Assembly (NCBI GenBank): GCA_020137815.1
Contig: CM035351.1
Span: 2,356,001-2,420,000, forward strand
Direction: 5' to 3'
Origin: Hormiphora californensis
Lineage: Eukaryota > Animalia > Ctenophora
DNA length: 64,000 nt
A program made the position numbers and the translations under genes. A model generated the notes under the pieces. The model was not told the DNA's origin. It saw nothing but the letters and a program-made list of their open reading frames with translations, and made no database searches. Shown in pieces: positions 19,952-32,945 of this stretch. Numbering within the stretch: the stretch's first letter is position 1; every line of letters begins with the position of its first letter.

Positions 19952-21288
19952 TTTCCTGTTTCACCGGCTCTTTTATTACATGAATCCTAAAATGGAGATA
20001 AGTGTTATTTTATCGAAACTTAATTTAAAATTTTACTTGTCCGGGAAATACCTAAGCATTCAAAGGTGCCGCATAGTTATTTTTCAGGATCTTCAGATCG
20101 CGAGCCCGCGTCGACGATTCGCACGAGGTCAAATCAGACCATTATCACGACCGATTTCGGCCCTTTGGCAATTTTATTGTCCAAAGACAATATCAGGGAG
20201 GATACTACGTATCCGATACTTGACATGGAATCTAGGGCGGCAAAAATGTAAAATTCCGAATTCGGGATTTTCCTTCTCGTCGTCTCCACCGCTGGTTTGA
20301 CCTCCTCCATTTTCCTCCTCGTTCCAGCCCCCCCCCCCCTTTTTGATCCGGATCATCGTCTCGCCTCTTGCTCTTCTGTTGGCAGCGCTTTTCAATCATT
20401 TTTAAAACTTGTCAAAAAAAACTTGTGGATCACAAAATTTTTAGAATCCGAACTAAACAAAATTTTAAAACCGCCGCGCGCGCAGTTTAACTTCTTCAAT
20501 TCTGCGCGGCGCCATCTTGCATCGTATTTAAGTTTAAGCCGCATTTTCCAGCTACTCACCTACATAAAATTGTTGAGCATTACTCAATTTAACAACGTGT
20601 TGTAGGGCAAGCTTGTGAGTTGTGGTACCGCTAGGAAAGTCTTCGCTGTGTCCGAGAAAGTAGCTAGCCCTAAGCTTGCTCTACCAGTGGCACTGGCAGT
20701 ACCACAATATAAAAAAGTAAGACACGAACATAATCATACAAATACAATTACAATTTGAACTACATTTACAAAATATTATAATTCAAATTAAATAACCAAA
20801 TCCCAACCAAATTCAAATACAGAAAAACAACAAGTATAATAAGTCTGTCATGATGAAATATCCACCCTAATTCTAATTAGTTTCACACTCTCATTGTCTC
20901 TGTCGCCTAGACGAGGAAGTGTTGGTGAACTTGACAAGGCTAGCAGCCCCTCCCTCGGCTGTGATCATGCCTCCCTCCACGATACTAACCTTCCTTATAG
21001 GAGGTCTCCCTCCCTCCGCGGTGAGGTGTCGTGAGAAGTGGGAATCAGTGGAGCACCCCGTTATAGACTGGTTGCAGAAGGAAGGACGCCGTATCCGGCC
21101 CATATTCATACTGATACTGAAATATAATGTTGAGTTACTCAACAAGAAACATAGTGGATAGTATTTAGCTTCTAAAGTAGGTAGTGGGAAGTCGGGGTTT
21201 GACTTTGAGTGGAATTCGCTTTCGTAAGAAAGGGGTATTCTTTGTGTAACACTCTGTACTAGCTACCTACTTTGTTGGTGGGATTGAG

Positions 21289-21373
21289 CTGTCAGGCCAA
21301 TGCTCTGACCACAGTTCTCGCGCGCTCCTTATTTGAGAGAAATGAGAATAGGGTCAGGCCAATGCTCTGACAG
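21289..21373. mobile_element. 85-bp mini-MITE with CTGTCAG termini and 8-bp TSD; second copy 28715-28802, collapsed 23-bp copy 5121-5143
   Basis: ggattgag|ctgtcaggccaatgctctgac...gtcaggccaatgctctgacag|ggattgag. Confidence 0.75.
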
Positions 21374-21450
21374 GGATTGAGTGAGACGAAGAGAAGGGGT
21401 AGGGTGTACTAATATGTATACCTTTCCAGGTACTTTTTCTTTCCAGGTAC

Positions 21451-24400
21451 TTATACAACAAGAGGGGGTCGAACAAAGCAAGTATACTGTTGTTCTACTG
21501 ACCTGTTGAAGCTGCTGATGGAACTTTGACTGTTAGCACTACCAGCACTGTGTCGTCTCTTTAGTTTACTAGGCAGCATACTAACAATGGTAAACCTCAG
21601 CTCCCAATCCAGGGCGATAAAGATAACCGGCCTCACTGCACAACCCAACCTGAATACCAACTGAAAGGACAGATATCATGTTAACCCCATGTTAACTTTA
21701 ATTTGTGTGGAAGCACTGGAAGCAAAGAGACCCTTTTTGGGAAATGGGGTTCAGTGGTGGAAAAAATAATTATCGTTCTTCAGCAGGCCAGGGGAAAGAT
21801 TCTCAATAACGAAAAGAGCCCTATAAATACCTTGGCGATTGCGTAGTGTAGTGGCGGGGGAAGGTTAACAGTGAACCATGCCTTTAGATAGTACGTGTAG
21901 ACACCAGCTGTCGAAATGAGATGAACCAAGGACACGAATGTGAACATGTAGCAACTCTGAAACGGAGGGGTGTTTACTGTTCTGAAACCTATTACTTGTT
22001 TTTACTGTGTTAGCTGTTGTCTACGACTACAGGATTTATAAGAAAAATTTGAAATACATAACAGCTTCAGTGAAAATCATGAGAGATGAAATGTAGTATC
22101 AGATATCACTGATACTGATTAGCATTTCCAAATAATTGACTGGAGTGTTGATTGAATTGACTTATAAGCCATGAAGTCTCATTATCGTCTCCCAGTGTAC
22201 TCTCTGAGGCATTCCTCACATCACAAAGGCTCACTCGTGACAGACGACTAAAGAGAAACACCTTGTCTTCAACACACAACCGATTCTCAAGTGATGCCAT
22301 TACTTCCTTGTATGTCTTCTCGTGGTGCTTGAATAACTTGGCCAGCAACTTGACCTCAAAGAAACACTTATCGTTTTCTGTCAACTGGTAAGGCTCCTTG
22401 GATATCTCAGTTGATTCGATATTTTTCATCAACTCCATGTACAGAGTTTTTAGTTGAGAACCAGAAAGGGCAATACACATTTCAGTGTACACCGAATGCA
22501 GCTCATCTTGATTCAGGAACTCTAATAAGAGATTTGATCTCAGATCTGCACCCTTGTCAGTATACTTCAGACCACAGTTGAGAGCATACAGCAGTTTCTT
22601 ACTATTGGTCTCCCTCATCACAAATGCAGCCTCCTCGAACAAGAATCTAGCACAACCAATATCCAGTAACTCTTTCCTAGAACAGAGCTTACAGAAGAAC
22701 TTGGTACAGGACTTTTGGAGCCATTCAACTTTAAAGGCCACACTCAGCTTGTTCATATCCCTGAAGATTCCCTTTGTAATTCGCCCATCGGTGGATCCAG
22801 CGTAGCAAGATTGTACAAATCCATATACCCCATCCTTAGAGAACTCTGTCACAGGGATCTCCTTCATCCCCATTTCACCCACCATCTCCATTATAACGGG
22901 GCTGTTTTGGGCCATGATATAGGAGTTAGCTCCCACAGTGTCCTCGCCCGCTGTCTGTAGGGTCAGGTCATTGAACGCGTCCACCCTCCATAGATTGTCC
23001 CCAAAGCTAACTGGAACCTTGAATCCAGGAGAGGAGGTTTCAAGAATACTTTGAACTTTAGTACTCGACCCTCTCTCACCATCCCCCGCACCACCAAAAA
23101 GGAAAGGAGTAACTTGAAATGCACTGGATGTATTATTGCCCGACCCTCTTTGACCGCCCCCCGCTGCAGGGTTACCGAAAAGGCCAAATCCCGCCATTCC
23201 AGAATCCAGAATCAAGCTAAAAATAGTAATATTCATACTTTAGAAACTCACAACAAATAAACCCAACAACAGGATAAAATAGTGACTTGATTAAACAGAG
23301 AAAACAGAGAAAGCAACTCAACGCCAATAACACAGTGACAGTGTAAAAAACTATGCATGAAAAACTTGTATTGCACTTTTTAAGCTTAGGATGAGGAATT
23401 TATATAAGACATCGTATTATAACATAAACGGAAGTGTAATGTAAGGTGGTAGTCGTCAGGGGTATCATGTTTTCTTTGCCTTCTCTCTATCTTTCTTTTT
23501 CTATCTCTCCCCCCCCCCCCCTCAAATTTACATTCATGACCTAAAATGGGATGAGGAACTCATATAACAAGACATCTCAGGAGGGTGTATAATATGCAGT
23601 AAACATGGTAAAAGGACGTGTAATGTACTTTCACTAATGTAGGTACCTAAGGGGAAATTGATCCACTAAAAATTCTGCACAATACCTTTAGCCCCCCCCC
23701 CCCAAATCTTCACAATACCTTTAGCCCCCCCCCCAAAAATCTTCACAATACCTTTAGCCCCCCCCCCAAATCTTCACAATACCTTTAGCCCCCCCCCCCC
23801 CCCAAATCTTCACAATACCTTTAGCCCCCCCCCCCCCAAATCTTCACAATACCTTTAGCCCCCCCCCCCCAAAATCTTCACAATACCTTTAGCCCCCCCC
23901 CCCCCCAAATCTTCACAATACCTTTAGCCCCCCCCCCCCCCAAATCTTCACAATACCTTTAGCCCCCCCCCCAAATCTTCACAATACCTTTAGCCGGTTT
24001 AGCCGGTCATTAGCCAGTGTCTTGTCCGGTTTGAGCCGGAGGGAGGTCACGAAGGTGTGGCAGTAGAGGAAGAGTGCCGGGATTATCGGCAGTGTGAGGG
24101 TTATAATGACATCTAGCAGGGGGTAGACAGTCTCTCCAATACCATAAAATGAACACCTGGTAAGTAGAGGGGAAAGTTATAATCGGGACAAGGATATATT
24201 TGGGGTGGATCAGAATTAAAATGATTAATGATATCATAACTAATTCTCCCGCCCCTCCCAAAACTAACCTGTCTGTAACGAATGAGATGCCGGGACGAGC
24301 CCAGTCGAGTTGAGGTACAATGCACAGAACAAAGGATACCGTCCATATCAGGCACAACAGCAGTAGCGATCTGTGAAGTGATGAGGTGTTAGTAATAGAT

Positions 24401-24844
24401 ATTGTGGCCATTTTGCCCAAAATTTGGTTCAAAATTCAAGGAAATCTGAAAATTAAACTCATTTAAAACTCCCCCATTACCTGTCAATACCTCCCAGTAC
24501 CTCCAATTACCTCACAATACCCCTGAATACCTCCCAAGATCCCCAAGACCTCACAATACCTCCTTATCACTTATACCCCATCCAAATACCTCCCAATACC
24601 TCACAACACCTCACAATACCTCCCAATTATACCTCTCATTACCTCTGAAGTGAAATCTGTCCCTCCCTGTATCTCCTGGGATAGAGAACAAAGATGTATC
24701 TATCAAGAGCACATACATCCAGCGTTAGCATTGAGCATGTCACTGAGTAATGGTCTAGTGATGCCGTCACTTGACATAGAGTCACAGGTAATACATGGTC
24801 GCTAGGTAACCTGCAGAGAGAGGGGGATGAGAGGGGGAGTGAGA

Positions 24845-24925
<81 letters not shown>

Positions 24926-26119
24926 CCCACTTACAGGTGAAGGGATGCTGCGATAAAAGAAACGACACCCAGTAATAGATCGTTTAATGTCAGGTTGGTT
25001 ATGTAAACGTTGTGGAGCTGTTTTAAACGTCGTTTTACGAAGAATGTCAGAATGAGAAGAGTGTTTCCACAGACAGCTATGATACCACATAGAAATAGGA
25101 CTCCTGACATAATGTAGATAGTTGTATTGTCCAACTCAACACCGGGTGATGTGCCTGAGAGAGAGAGAGAGGGGCGGGTCAGAATGGTGGGTTGCCTGAA
25201 AACCGGATCCTATTGTTTTCCAAGACAAAACTGGGATAATATTATATGTATGATATCGGGATTTTCCAAGCCCATGCCTCGTGTGATAGATCATAGACGG
25301 GGGAAAGCAGCTAGCCCATGCCTCGTGTGATAGATGGGGAACAAGCAGCTAGCCCATGCCTCGTGTGATAGATGGGGAACAAGCAGCTAGCCCATGCCTC
25401 GTGTGATAGATGGGGAACAAGCAGCTAGCCCATGCCTCGTGTGATAGATGGGGAACAAGCAGCTAGCCCATGCCTCGTGTGATAGATGGGGAACAAGCAG
25501 CTAGCCCATGCCTCGTGTGATAGATGGGGAACAAGCAGCTAGCCCATGCCTCGTGTGATAGATGGGGAACAAGCAGCTAGCCCATGCCTCGTGTGATAGA
25601 TGGGGAACAAGCAGCTAGCCCATGCCTCGTGTGATAGATGGGGAAAAAGCAGCTAGCCCATGCCTCGTGTGATAGATGGGGAACAAGCAGCTAGCCCATG
25701 CCTCGTGTGATAGATGGGGAACAAGCAGCTAGCCCATGCCTCGTGTGATAGATGGGGAACAAGCAGCTAGCCCATGCCTCGTGTGATAGATGGGGAAAAA
25801 GCAGCTAGCCCATGCCTCGTGTGATAGATGGGGAACAAGCAGCTAGCCCATGCCTCGTGTGATAGATGGGGAACAAGCAGCTAGCCCATGCCTCGTGTGA
25901 TAGATGGGGAACAAGCAGCTAGCCCATGCCTCGTGTGATAGATGGGGAACAAGCAGCTAGGGAAACAATTTGGGCGGTGTTCATGTTGTTGGCTGACAAC
26001 GCCCTTGGCACCAGGCACATAACAAAGTTGCGGTTACAGCTAAATAGCAGTTCGCGGTTACCTCTGGTGACGTTGGTTACAGTGATGTTCTCGCTGCTAA
26101 GGTTGCTATACAGGAACAT
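21451..26119 (-). CDS. Class A (rhodopsin-like) GPCR, multi-exon
   Basis: Exon 26119-26062 MFLYSNLSSENITVTNVT (three N-glycosylation sequons); TM1 GN; TM2 NLTLNDLL; TM3 CALDRY; TM5 exon 24158-23988; TM6 exon 21956-21831; TM7 LVFRLGCAVRPVIF at 21660-21451. The splice phases checked are compatible. Confidence 0.85.
22106..23197 (-). CDS. Intronless BTB/POZ-domain protein nested on the same strand in a GPCR intron
   Basis: DLTLQT..VGANSYIMAQNSPVIMEM..EFSKDGVYGFVQSCY..LSVAFKVEWLQKSC is BTB-like. Likely ATG at 23197 after acceptor tatttttag (ORF track starts at 23236). Confidence 0.8.
   Translation of the reverse strand: MAGFGLFGNPAAGGGQRGSGNNTSSAFQVTPFLFGGAGDGERGSSTKVQSILETSSPGFKVPVSFGDNLWRVDAFNDLTLQTAGEDTVGANSYIMAQNSPVIMEMVGEMGMKEIPVTEFSKDGVYGFVQSCYAGSTDGRITKGIFRDMNKLSVAFKVEWLQKSCTKFFCKLCSRKELLDIGCARFLFEEAAFVMRETNSKKLLYALNCGLKYTDKGADLRSNLLLEFLNQDELHSVYTEMCIALSGSQLKTLYMELMKNIESTEISKEPYQLTENDKCFFEVKLLAKLFKHHEKTYKEVMASLENRLCVEDKVFLFSRLSRVSLCDVRNASESTLGDDNETSWLISQFNQHSSQLFGNANQYQ
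23676..23995. repeat. ~10 copies of a ~33-35-bp tandem unit containing the GPCR exon end and splice donor
   Basis: caaatcttcacaatacctttagc(c)n; on the - strand GCTAAAG|GTATTG. Confidence 0.9.
25270..25960. repeat. 38-bp minisatellite (~18 copies) in GPCR intron 1
   Basis: gcagctagcccatgcctcgtgtgatagatggggaacaa repeated almost perfectly. Confidence 0.95.
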
Positions 26120-26884
26120 ATCTTACACAGCAGCTGGTGGTCCTACTAGTAACAAGTTGCAATATACTGATCAGGAGCTGAGTAGGATGATTAGCATCCG
26201 GTCCGTGCAACCTGGGAGAGAGAGAGTGAGTGAGAGAGAGGGGAGAGAGAGGGAGAGAGAGAGAGAGAGAGAATTAGAGAAGAGAGATAGAGAGCCTTGG
26301 ATAGGCGTAGAAATGCAGATGGAGGATGACTCTGAGCGTACGTGCAGCTATGATAGGTCGTCATCGCAGTCGCTGCTCATCTCGCTCTTTCCTTCTCGTC
26401 TCTTTCCCTTTCTCTTCTGTCGCTCCTTGCTTTCTCCTTTCTTTTTCGCTCGCTCTTCTTTCTGCTCTCTCTCTTGTCCTTTCCTTCTCCTCTCTCTCTT
26501 CTCTTCATCTCTTTCTCTCTTCTCTCTCTCTCTCTCTCTCTCTCTCCGCTCGTCTTCTCTCTCTGTCTCTCCTCTGCTCGCTCTTGCTCTCTCTCTCTGC
26601 TCTCTCTTCCGTCTCGTCTTCTCTCCTCTCTGCTCTTCTTACTCTCCCCCCTTTGGCTTTCTCTCTCTCTCCTGCTCCCTCCGCCTTTCTCGCCCTCTTG
26701 TGTCCTCTGGAGAGTCAGGGTATTGACTGTGTTTTAATCTCTCTTCCCGACAGGTAATTAAAATTAATTATCTTAAAGCCAGGCATCCAATTGTCGTTGT
26801 ACCTCCCTCGCCGGTGCATGGTTGCTGCTGGACACCCTGTATTCTGTAATATATACTGACACACATGCAGCTGCCCTCTGAGAG

Positions 26885-27817
26885 ATGAACCCGTCTAGTT
26901 TTGGTAACAGGAGAGCTCTGGAGGATGCTCTTCACCGGCTCAGAGAAGTGGAGCCCAGGGATGAATTCCAGGCTGCTATGATGCAATACGCGGCAGCCTC
27001 ACTCTCCCTCCTGGACAGTTTAGGGGCAACTAATACTGCAGAGGCCGGGATGTTTGAAAGTAGTCAACTGGGGGCGAGTATCGCTCTGCCTACTACAACT
27101 ACTAGCAGTGATATGATGATGTTCACATCGGAGCAATTCAGACTAGATACCGGATCCACAATTATCCCCTCACCCCCGGACACCAGTCATCTCAACCTAG
27201 TCAGATGTCTCACAGATGATAGCAGGCTTACAATTGTAGCTGCGTTCCCTTCCACCCCTTTTGAGGATTCCGTAGCTACCGCTGGAGGTGTTCAGCCGAT
27301 CTACGAGCACCTAACCAGCAGTGACCCACCTACAACCTCCCTCATTCCATCCGAGTCTCACTCCCAAAATACCCTGCTATGCCAGGAGATAGCAGCTTCA
27401 GCCATAGCAGAACTCGCCCTGCCCGCCCCTGACCATCACCAGCCCAGAATCCGGCCACTTGCTGCGTCACGATCCTTCAGGAGACCCGTGAGGAGGAACG
27501 TTTCCAAGAGGAGATCTCTCCAAGAATCCCAATATGAAAGATATGGTACGGATCTAGAGGACCTACGTCGGGTTATTCCCAGTATGAACACCCTGGCCGC
27601 CCCTCCGAAACCCGCCCGGAAAAACAGCTGCAGGGATCAACAGATATCAATAATTGTAGCTGAACCTTCTGGCTCTACCGCCGCGGCCCCGAAATCCTCC
27701 CCCGGACTCAGTTACGCCACCAAGACCCTGTTTAGGAGGGCAGCCAGGTGGGGAAGTCAGAAACTGAAAAATAGAAATTCAGCATTTGTGCCGTTAAACC
27801 GAGCAAACACTTTGTGA
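26885..27817 (+). CDS. Orphan 310-aa Ser/Thr/Pro-rich protein with basic C-terminal half
   Basis: Long non-repetitive ORF with coding-like composition; no domain recognised. Confidence 0.55.
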   Translation: MNPSSFGNRRALEDALHRLREVEPRDEFQAAMMQYAAASLSLLDSLGATNTAEAGMFESSQLGASIALPTTTTSSDMMMFTSEQFRLDTGSTIIPSPPDTSHLNLVRCLTDDSRLTIVAAFPSTPFEDSVATAGGVQPIYEHLTSSDPPTTSLIPSESHSQNTLLCQEIAASAIAELALPAPDHHQPRIRPLAASRSFRRPVRRNVSKRRSLQESQYERYGTDLEDLRRVIPSMNTLAAPPKPARKNSCRDQQISIIVAEPSGSTAAAPKSSPGLSYATKTLFRRAARWGSQKLKNRNSAFVPLNRANTL

Positions 27818-28917
27818 CATAGGTTTGCCTTGCTTATCACGACGTTTAATTGATCAATGGTCAAGGACGGTTCTATGAGGAACATTTCAGGGGATTCTTC
27901 AGACAGTTGATTCCAGTTTTGAAACCACAACTATATCCTTCAGACAGTTGATTTCAATTTATGACCCTTGAAAACACAAATATGTTGTATGAACGTGTTT
28001 CTAATAGCAATGCTATGCTAGTTAATTTATGAGGGTGTGGTACCACGACCAGTTCTAATACTAGAGAGAAAGAGTGAGAAAGAAAGAGATAGAGCAGCAG
28101 TGTGTGTGGTTTGTGGTGAGCAACAGGGGGATAGTTTGTGGAACATTTCCAATTTGGTTTGCTGAAAATAACCCCAATTTAAATTGATTTTAAATACGGT
28201 TTGTCTCGAGATGTGTGGTACAACATAAAACAGAATTGCTATACATCTCTCTCTCTCTCTCCGTTTTCTGTACAGCCTTCTCTCTCAGCACCGTTTACAT
28301 CACTTTTGTAGTCGATAAAAGCACACACAAACACAAGATATTCTCTCTCTTTCACCGTGGCAAAAAACTTAACAAGCAAATGAAACATTGTCGTTTCATG
28401 AGTATTTCAGAGCCGCGGATTTCGAATGTATCATATATATTGTCGTCATAAGTTAAGTACACAGTACACGGACAGATAAACACACAAACAGATAGACACA
28501 CACACACACACACATTTTCAGAACTATATTATCTATTTCGTGTTCTGAACGGCCAGCGTTCATGTATATTAAATGTTCAATATTCATTAACTGTAAAAAG
28601 TCTGCACAATCAAATTTAATTTTCAAATTATTAAACTTCATGCAAGCGTTGTCATTATCTAATCAAATAATAAGGAAAAAAGAAATTTACATGTCCAGAT
28701 TTGCCTCAGTCCTCTTGTCAGGACAATGCTCTGACCAAAGTTCTTGTGCGCTCCTCTTTATTTGAAAGAAATGAGAATAGGATCAGGCCAATGCTCTGAC
28801 AGGTCTCCTCTATCTCAAGTTGTTCAGACGAGAACTCTCCCTCCGGGCTCCTGCATAATCCTGATAATGCACAATACAACTCACAGTCCCACACCTTCAC
28901 CACATTTCCCCCACAAC

Positions 28918-31855
28918 TCAACTATCAATCAGGGTCTGCAGCCGGAAGACCAGTTGTCGGGCGCTACTAAGAATCTTCTTCCCGTCATGTCTCTCGGCCA
29001 TTTCGTTGAAAAACTTGATAATATCGGTAAAGTCCATATTATTATCAAGGATGATATCCCGGTAATGCTCTACCAAAGCCAGAGCTATGAAGTGGGTGAA
29101 GTGGTCTGAGGTGGTCTGATATGCCGCCCAGATACCCTCCCAAACCCTGAATACATCCTCATACTCCAGCTCCCGTTTGAAATCCAACAAGAACCACCGG
29201 TAGGAAAAGTAAAAGTGGGAGTAGTCGCCATTCTGGTGCATGTGTTCAAACAGCTCGCTATCCAAGATCTGGATCAGAGATCTCATATTCGCAAAGTGGG
29301 CATCCATTTGACCACCATGAGGGAAGTTCATGGTCATCCTTCCCATGAGATTCCTAAAGCACGTGAAGGCCAGCGGTTCATCATCAAGGATCACCAGGAG
29401 AGGAGCGAGAATGTCACACATACCCTGGAGGTATCCTATTTCGAGGTTCTCCCACACATAGCTACACATGATCCGGCGGAGTCGGGCCAAATTGTCATCC
29501 GTGAAGAAATAGTAGTTCCGGTCACACCTCTGGACATCTTTATCAATGCGATGAAAGTTCAGGTCCACAAGAGCTATCATCTCGTCTGTATACTCCACAC
29601 CATCAATTGTAACTGCAATTGGAGGGCTAATGGGCCCGTTAGTGGGGGGATCACTGGTTTGGTCTTCCAACTCTTGATCTTCTACAGACTGCTCCTGGAC
29701 AGGGGTCAGATAGGCCTCACTGGCAGGGGATGTCAGCCCACTCCGGGTGATTGGCTCAGCGAGGTGACTCACATCCTCCTCCTCCTCAATACTGTTTGCA
29801 TCTCCATTCCCCTCCTCCCTCACCTCCTCCTCCCCCTCAGTTGGGGAAACTCTGGCCTGATCGGATAGCGGTGTAAACTTGCTCTTCGAGTTGGAGTAAA
29901 TATAACTCTCCACTTTGGTCCAAACTACCACAATCCTGTTATACTCCGTCTCCGCGGCTGAATCTTTCTCCTTTCGAATCTCAGGGGTGTCTCCTATACA
30001 GTGATGACCCAGCAAGTACCTCCACACCTCGGGCCTCAACTCCGCCTCGACCCCTCCGTGGTAGGTGTAAAACATCAGCTGCTGACCATCAGTAACTATC
30101 CCCTCCTCATTGTGGAGAGAGGCCCACACCTCACTGGTTATCCCTGAGTCTAGATGGGGGTATTCCACTTGTTTAGCCGGATAGACCATACTGGAGAGGT
30201 GCCGCCTGACCTCAGACAGGTGTCTACAGTAAGCTAACCAGCCGTAGAAAGCTCTCGATAATATCTGATATCTCATGGTCTGACACACCTCTCCTATTCT
30301 GGTTGGTAAATGAAACTCCTCAATTTCTGAGCTGTTGAGTGATATCGTCTCCTCACTTCCATCCTCCTTTGTCTTCTTACCCTTGATCTGATCTGAGTTT
30401 ATGCTCTGGGTACTCCCGATGCTATCCCGTTTCCTCTTGGCATCTGCCCGGGCATCCTCGGGAGATAGAACCGGCTGGGCATTCACTTGGAACACGAAGA
30501 AACTGTTTGACGTCTGTTTGACGGCATGTCGCTTCTTATCAGACCGCTGTGGGAAGGTGCCCATTGGGGTCAAGTAGACGCCCAGAGTGGGCTCCATACT
30601 GAACCCCTCGGACACCAGACCAGTCTCAAGGTTGGTCAGGAAGTCCACCAGGGAGGTCTGGGTGGGGAAGAGAACGGGAGGCCGCTGGACCCCGTCATGA
30701 CCTATAAACACAACACTACCCTCCTTTTCGTAGGGGTGAGCGTGTATGTAGGCCACTTCCTCCAGGTATACCACCCAGCTGTAGTCCCAGTAGAATGTGG
30801 GGTCCCGGTGGTGATCAACAAACCTGGTGAGAGGGGGATATCTGTTAGGACGGGTTAGGAAGAGTTGTTAGTGGTGGGGAGAACATTCTTTAGGACGGGT
30901 TAGGGGAGGAGGGATATGTTAGGACGGGTTAGGAAGAGGTGTTAGATATTTTAGAAACTAATGAGCTATGTTCCCGATATGTCAGGAAAACCCCATCAGT
31001 TTATCATCTAAATAACCACTCAAAAACTGTTTACCTGTTGCTCATCCACTTCATAAAGAATGTTTTCCCAGACTGGTGAAGGGCCAGGTACCCCGTCTGG
31101 TAGTCCCCCTCTGGTTTCTGTACCGTCACATTATTCTTCCCGAACAGCAGTACTGAGTTGGTGTTCTGATAGAGAGATGCAACCAGGCTCCTGGTGTGAC
31201 ACGCTGAGGGGTCGTTTTCCGTGACAAAATGAAGGGCACTAGGTGTACACACTGTTAGCGAGGAGTTGGGGTGTTTCAGGTGGCGGGGCTGGTCTCCCTT
31301 TGCCATTTGCCGCTCCAGCAACTCTGAAGCAGGGGGATCGCTCCAGAAATGATCGGGTGTTTTGGTTTTTGTGTAGTCCAGGGCTATCAGGCCACTAAGA
31401 AGGTCGAGGAAGAGGTTACCCGTGACGGGATTACGTATCAGAGAGTCATCGTGATACAACTTGGTGCACTGCTGTGTCACACTCTTCACTATATCAACTA
31501 TGGTTTTCTCTATCAGCGCCAGTCGGATCCAGTTGTAACGTGGTGTATGTCCTATCAGGCTCCTCGATTTAGCTACTGAGTTTTCCTTCCTAAAACCCGC
31601 TCTCTTTAGTGTATCAGCGGCTATTTCGTCATGTTTAGCGAGGGTGGTTAGAAGGACCATAGAGAGAGGGGTGCTACTGAGGGATACCCCGGGCTTCTTG
31701 AACCCGTGTACCAAACACTGTTCCATAACAATACACAGGGAGGCGATGGTGGCACTGTCCTCATGGATAAACTTCTTAGTGACACTCTCCTCCATCAGCA
31801 GCTTGATCTCTTTCTTGAGTCGGGCAAGCAGGTGCTCCCGCTCTCCTGCGTCCAT
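28918..31855 (-). CDS. SGSM2: Small G protein signalling modulator 1/2-like (RUN + PH-like + TBC Rab-GAP); two large exons
   Basis: LKKEIKLLMEESVTKKFIHEDS; RUN region WIRLALIEK; TKTKTPDHFWSDP; LLFGKNNV; QILSRAFYGWLAYCRHLS; IDKDVQRCDR; YLQGMCD; YRWFLLDFKRE. The SGSM1 versus SGSM2 paralogue cannot be resolved. Confidence 0.9.
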
Positions 31856-32143
31856 CTGAAACGAGGGGGAAGGGTAGAATATAGGGAGTAAGAGAGATGG
31901 CCTGAGGTTAGAATAGTTGAGGGGGTACGAGGGGCGGGAGGGGGGGGGGTAGCAGGTAGAATTTAGATGAAAAACTCAGAGGCAGTTCAGCAAATGAGCT
32001 GATATATTCAGTACCATTATAGGTTGCATTGAGAGTTGGTGTGGTGGTAGTTTAGTAGTATAGTGAGCAGAGAAGGGCAGTTATATTATCGAAAGTGGGT
32101 ATGGGGTTGGTGGGAGTGTATAACACCAGACTAACGATCCCCG

Positions 32144-32229
<86 letters not shown>

Positions 32230-32635
32230 GCACGTGCCGCTAACACATAGCTCTCTTGACAATGGCTAGCCTTGTTATAGGGTGTGGTCACATCACTATA
32301 ACACTATGTTCCACAAAAGTAAGTAAGAATGTTACACAAAGAGAGGGGTTCGAGGAAAAAAGGGGTGGCACCGAGGGGAAGAGGGATGAAATGGTAACAA
32401 AACAAAAACTTACCTTTAAATCGTTTTACACTACACTAAACGCATCTTGATGGACGAATCATACTCGCTGCTAGCTACGAAGGGGGAAAACTGGTGTAAG
32501 GAGGAAAGTTGAGAGAAGCGGTAAGAGGGGAAAACGAGGGAGAGAGAGAGAGAGAGAGAGGCAAGCAAGATTGGTAAAGAGGGAATTATTAAAGTAAGTT
32601 GAGAGACGAACATGGAAAAGAGAGTGAAGTAGAAG

Positions 32636-32711
<76 letters not shown>

Positions 32712-32908
32712 ATATAGAGAAAGAGAGATAAAATAAGAACGTTCCATGCAAGAATACTATGATCACTTGAAACTAATTACACATTCTAATGACACATGTA
32801 CATTTCCCTCACTTCCTCTCGAATATATAATTTATACAAAACCGGCACGACTAGACTTCCGCAAGAGCATGAGAACAGATGGGACATAGAGGGAGGGGAA
32901 TGGAAGAA

Positions 32909-32945
<37 letters not shown>

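Noticed and set aside
20891-21145. 84-aa ORF as an extension of the GPCR C-terminal tail
   Set aside because: It looks plausible, but the TM7 exon already has a stop at 21451 and no clean splice path was found; left unannotated.
21600-21860. GPCR as a possible opsin (AIAK near TM7)
   Set aside because: The residue seven before the TM7 proline (the Lys296 equivalent) is Arg, and the Lys in AIAK is out of register.
25270-25960. Regular 38-bp repeats superficially like a CRISPR array
   Set aside because: There are no unique spacers and no cas genes; it is a eukaryotic intronic minisatellite.
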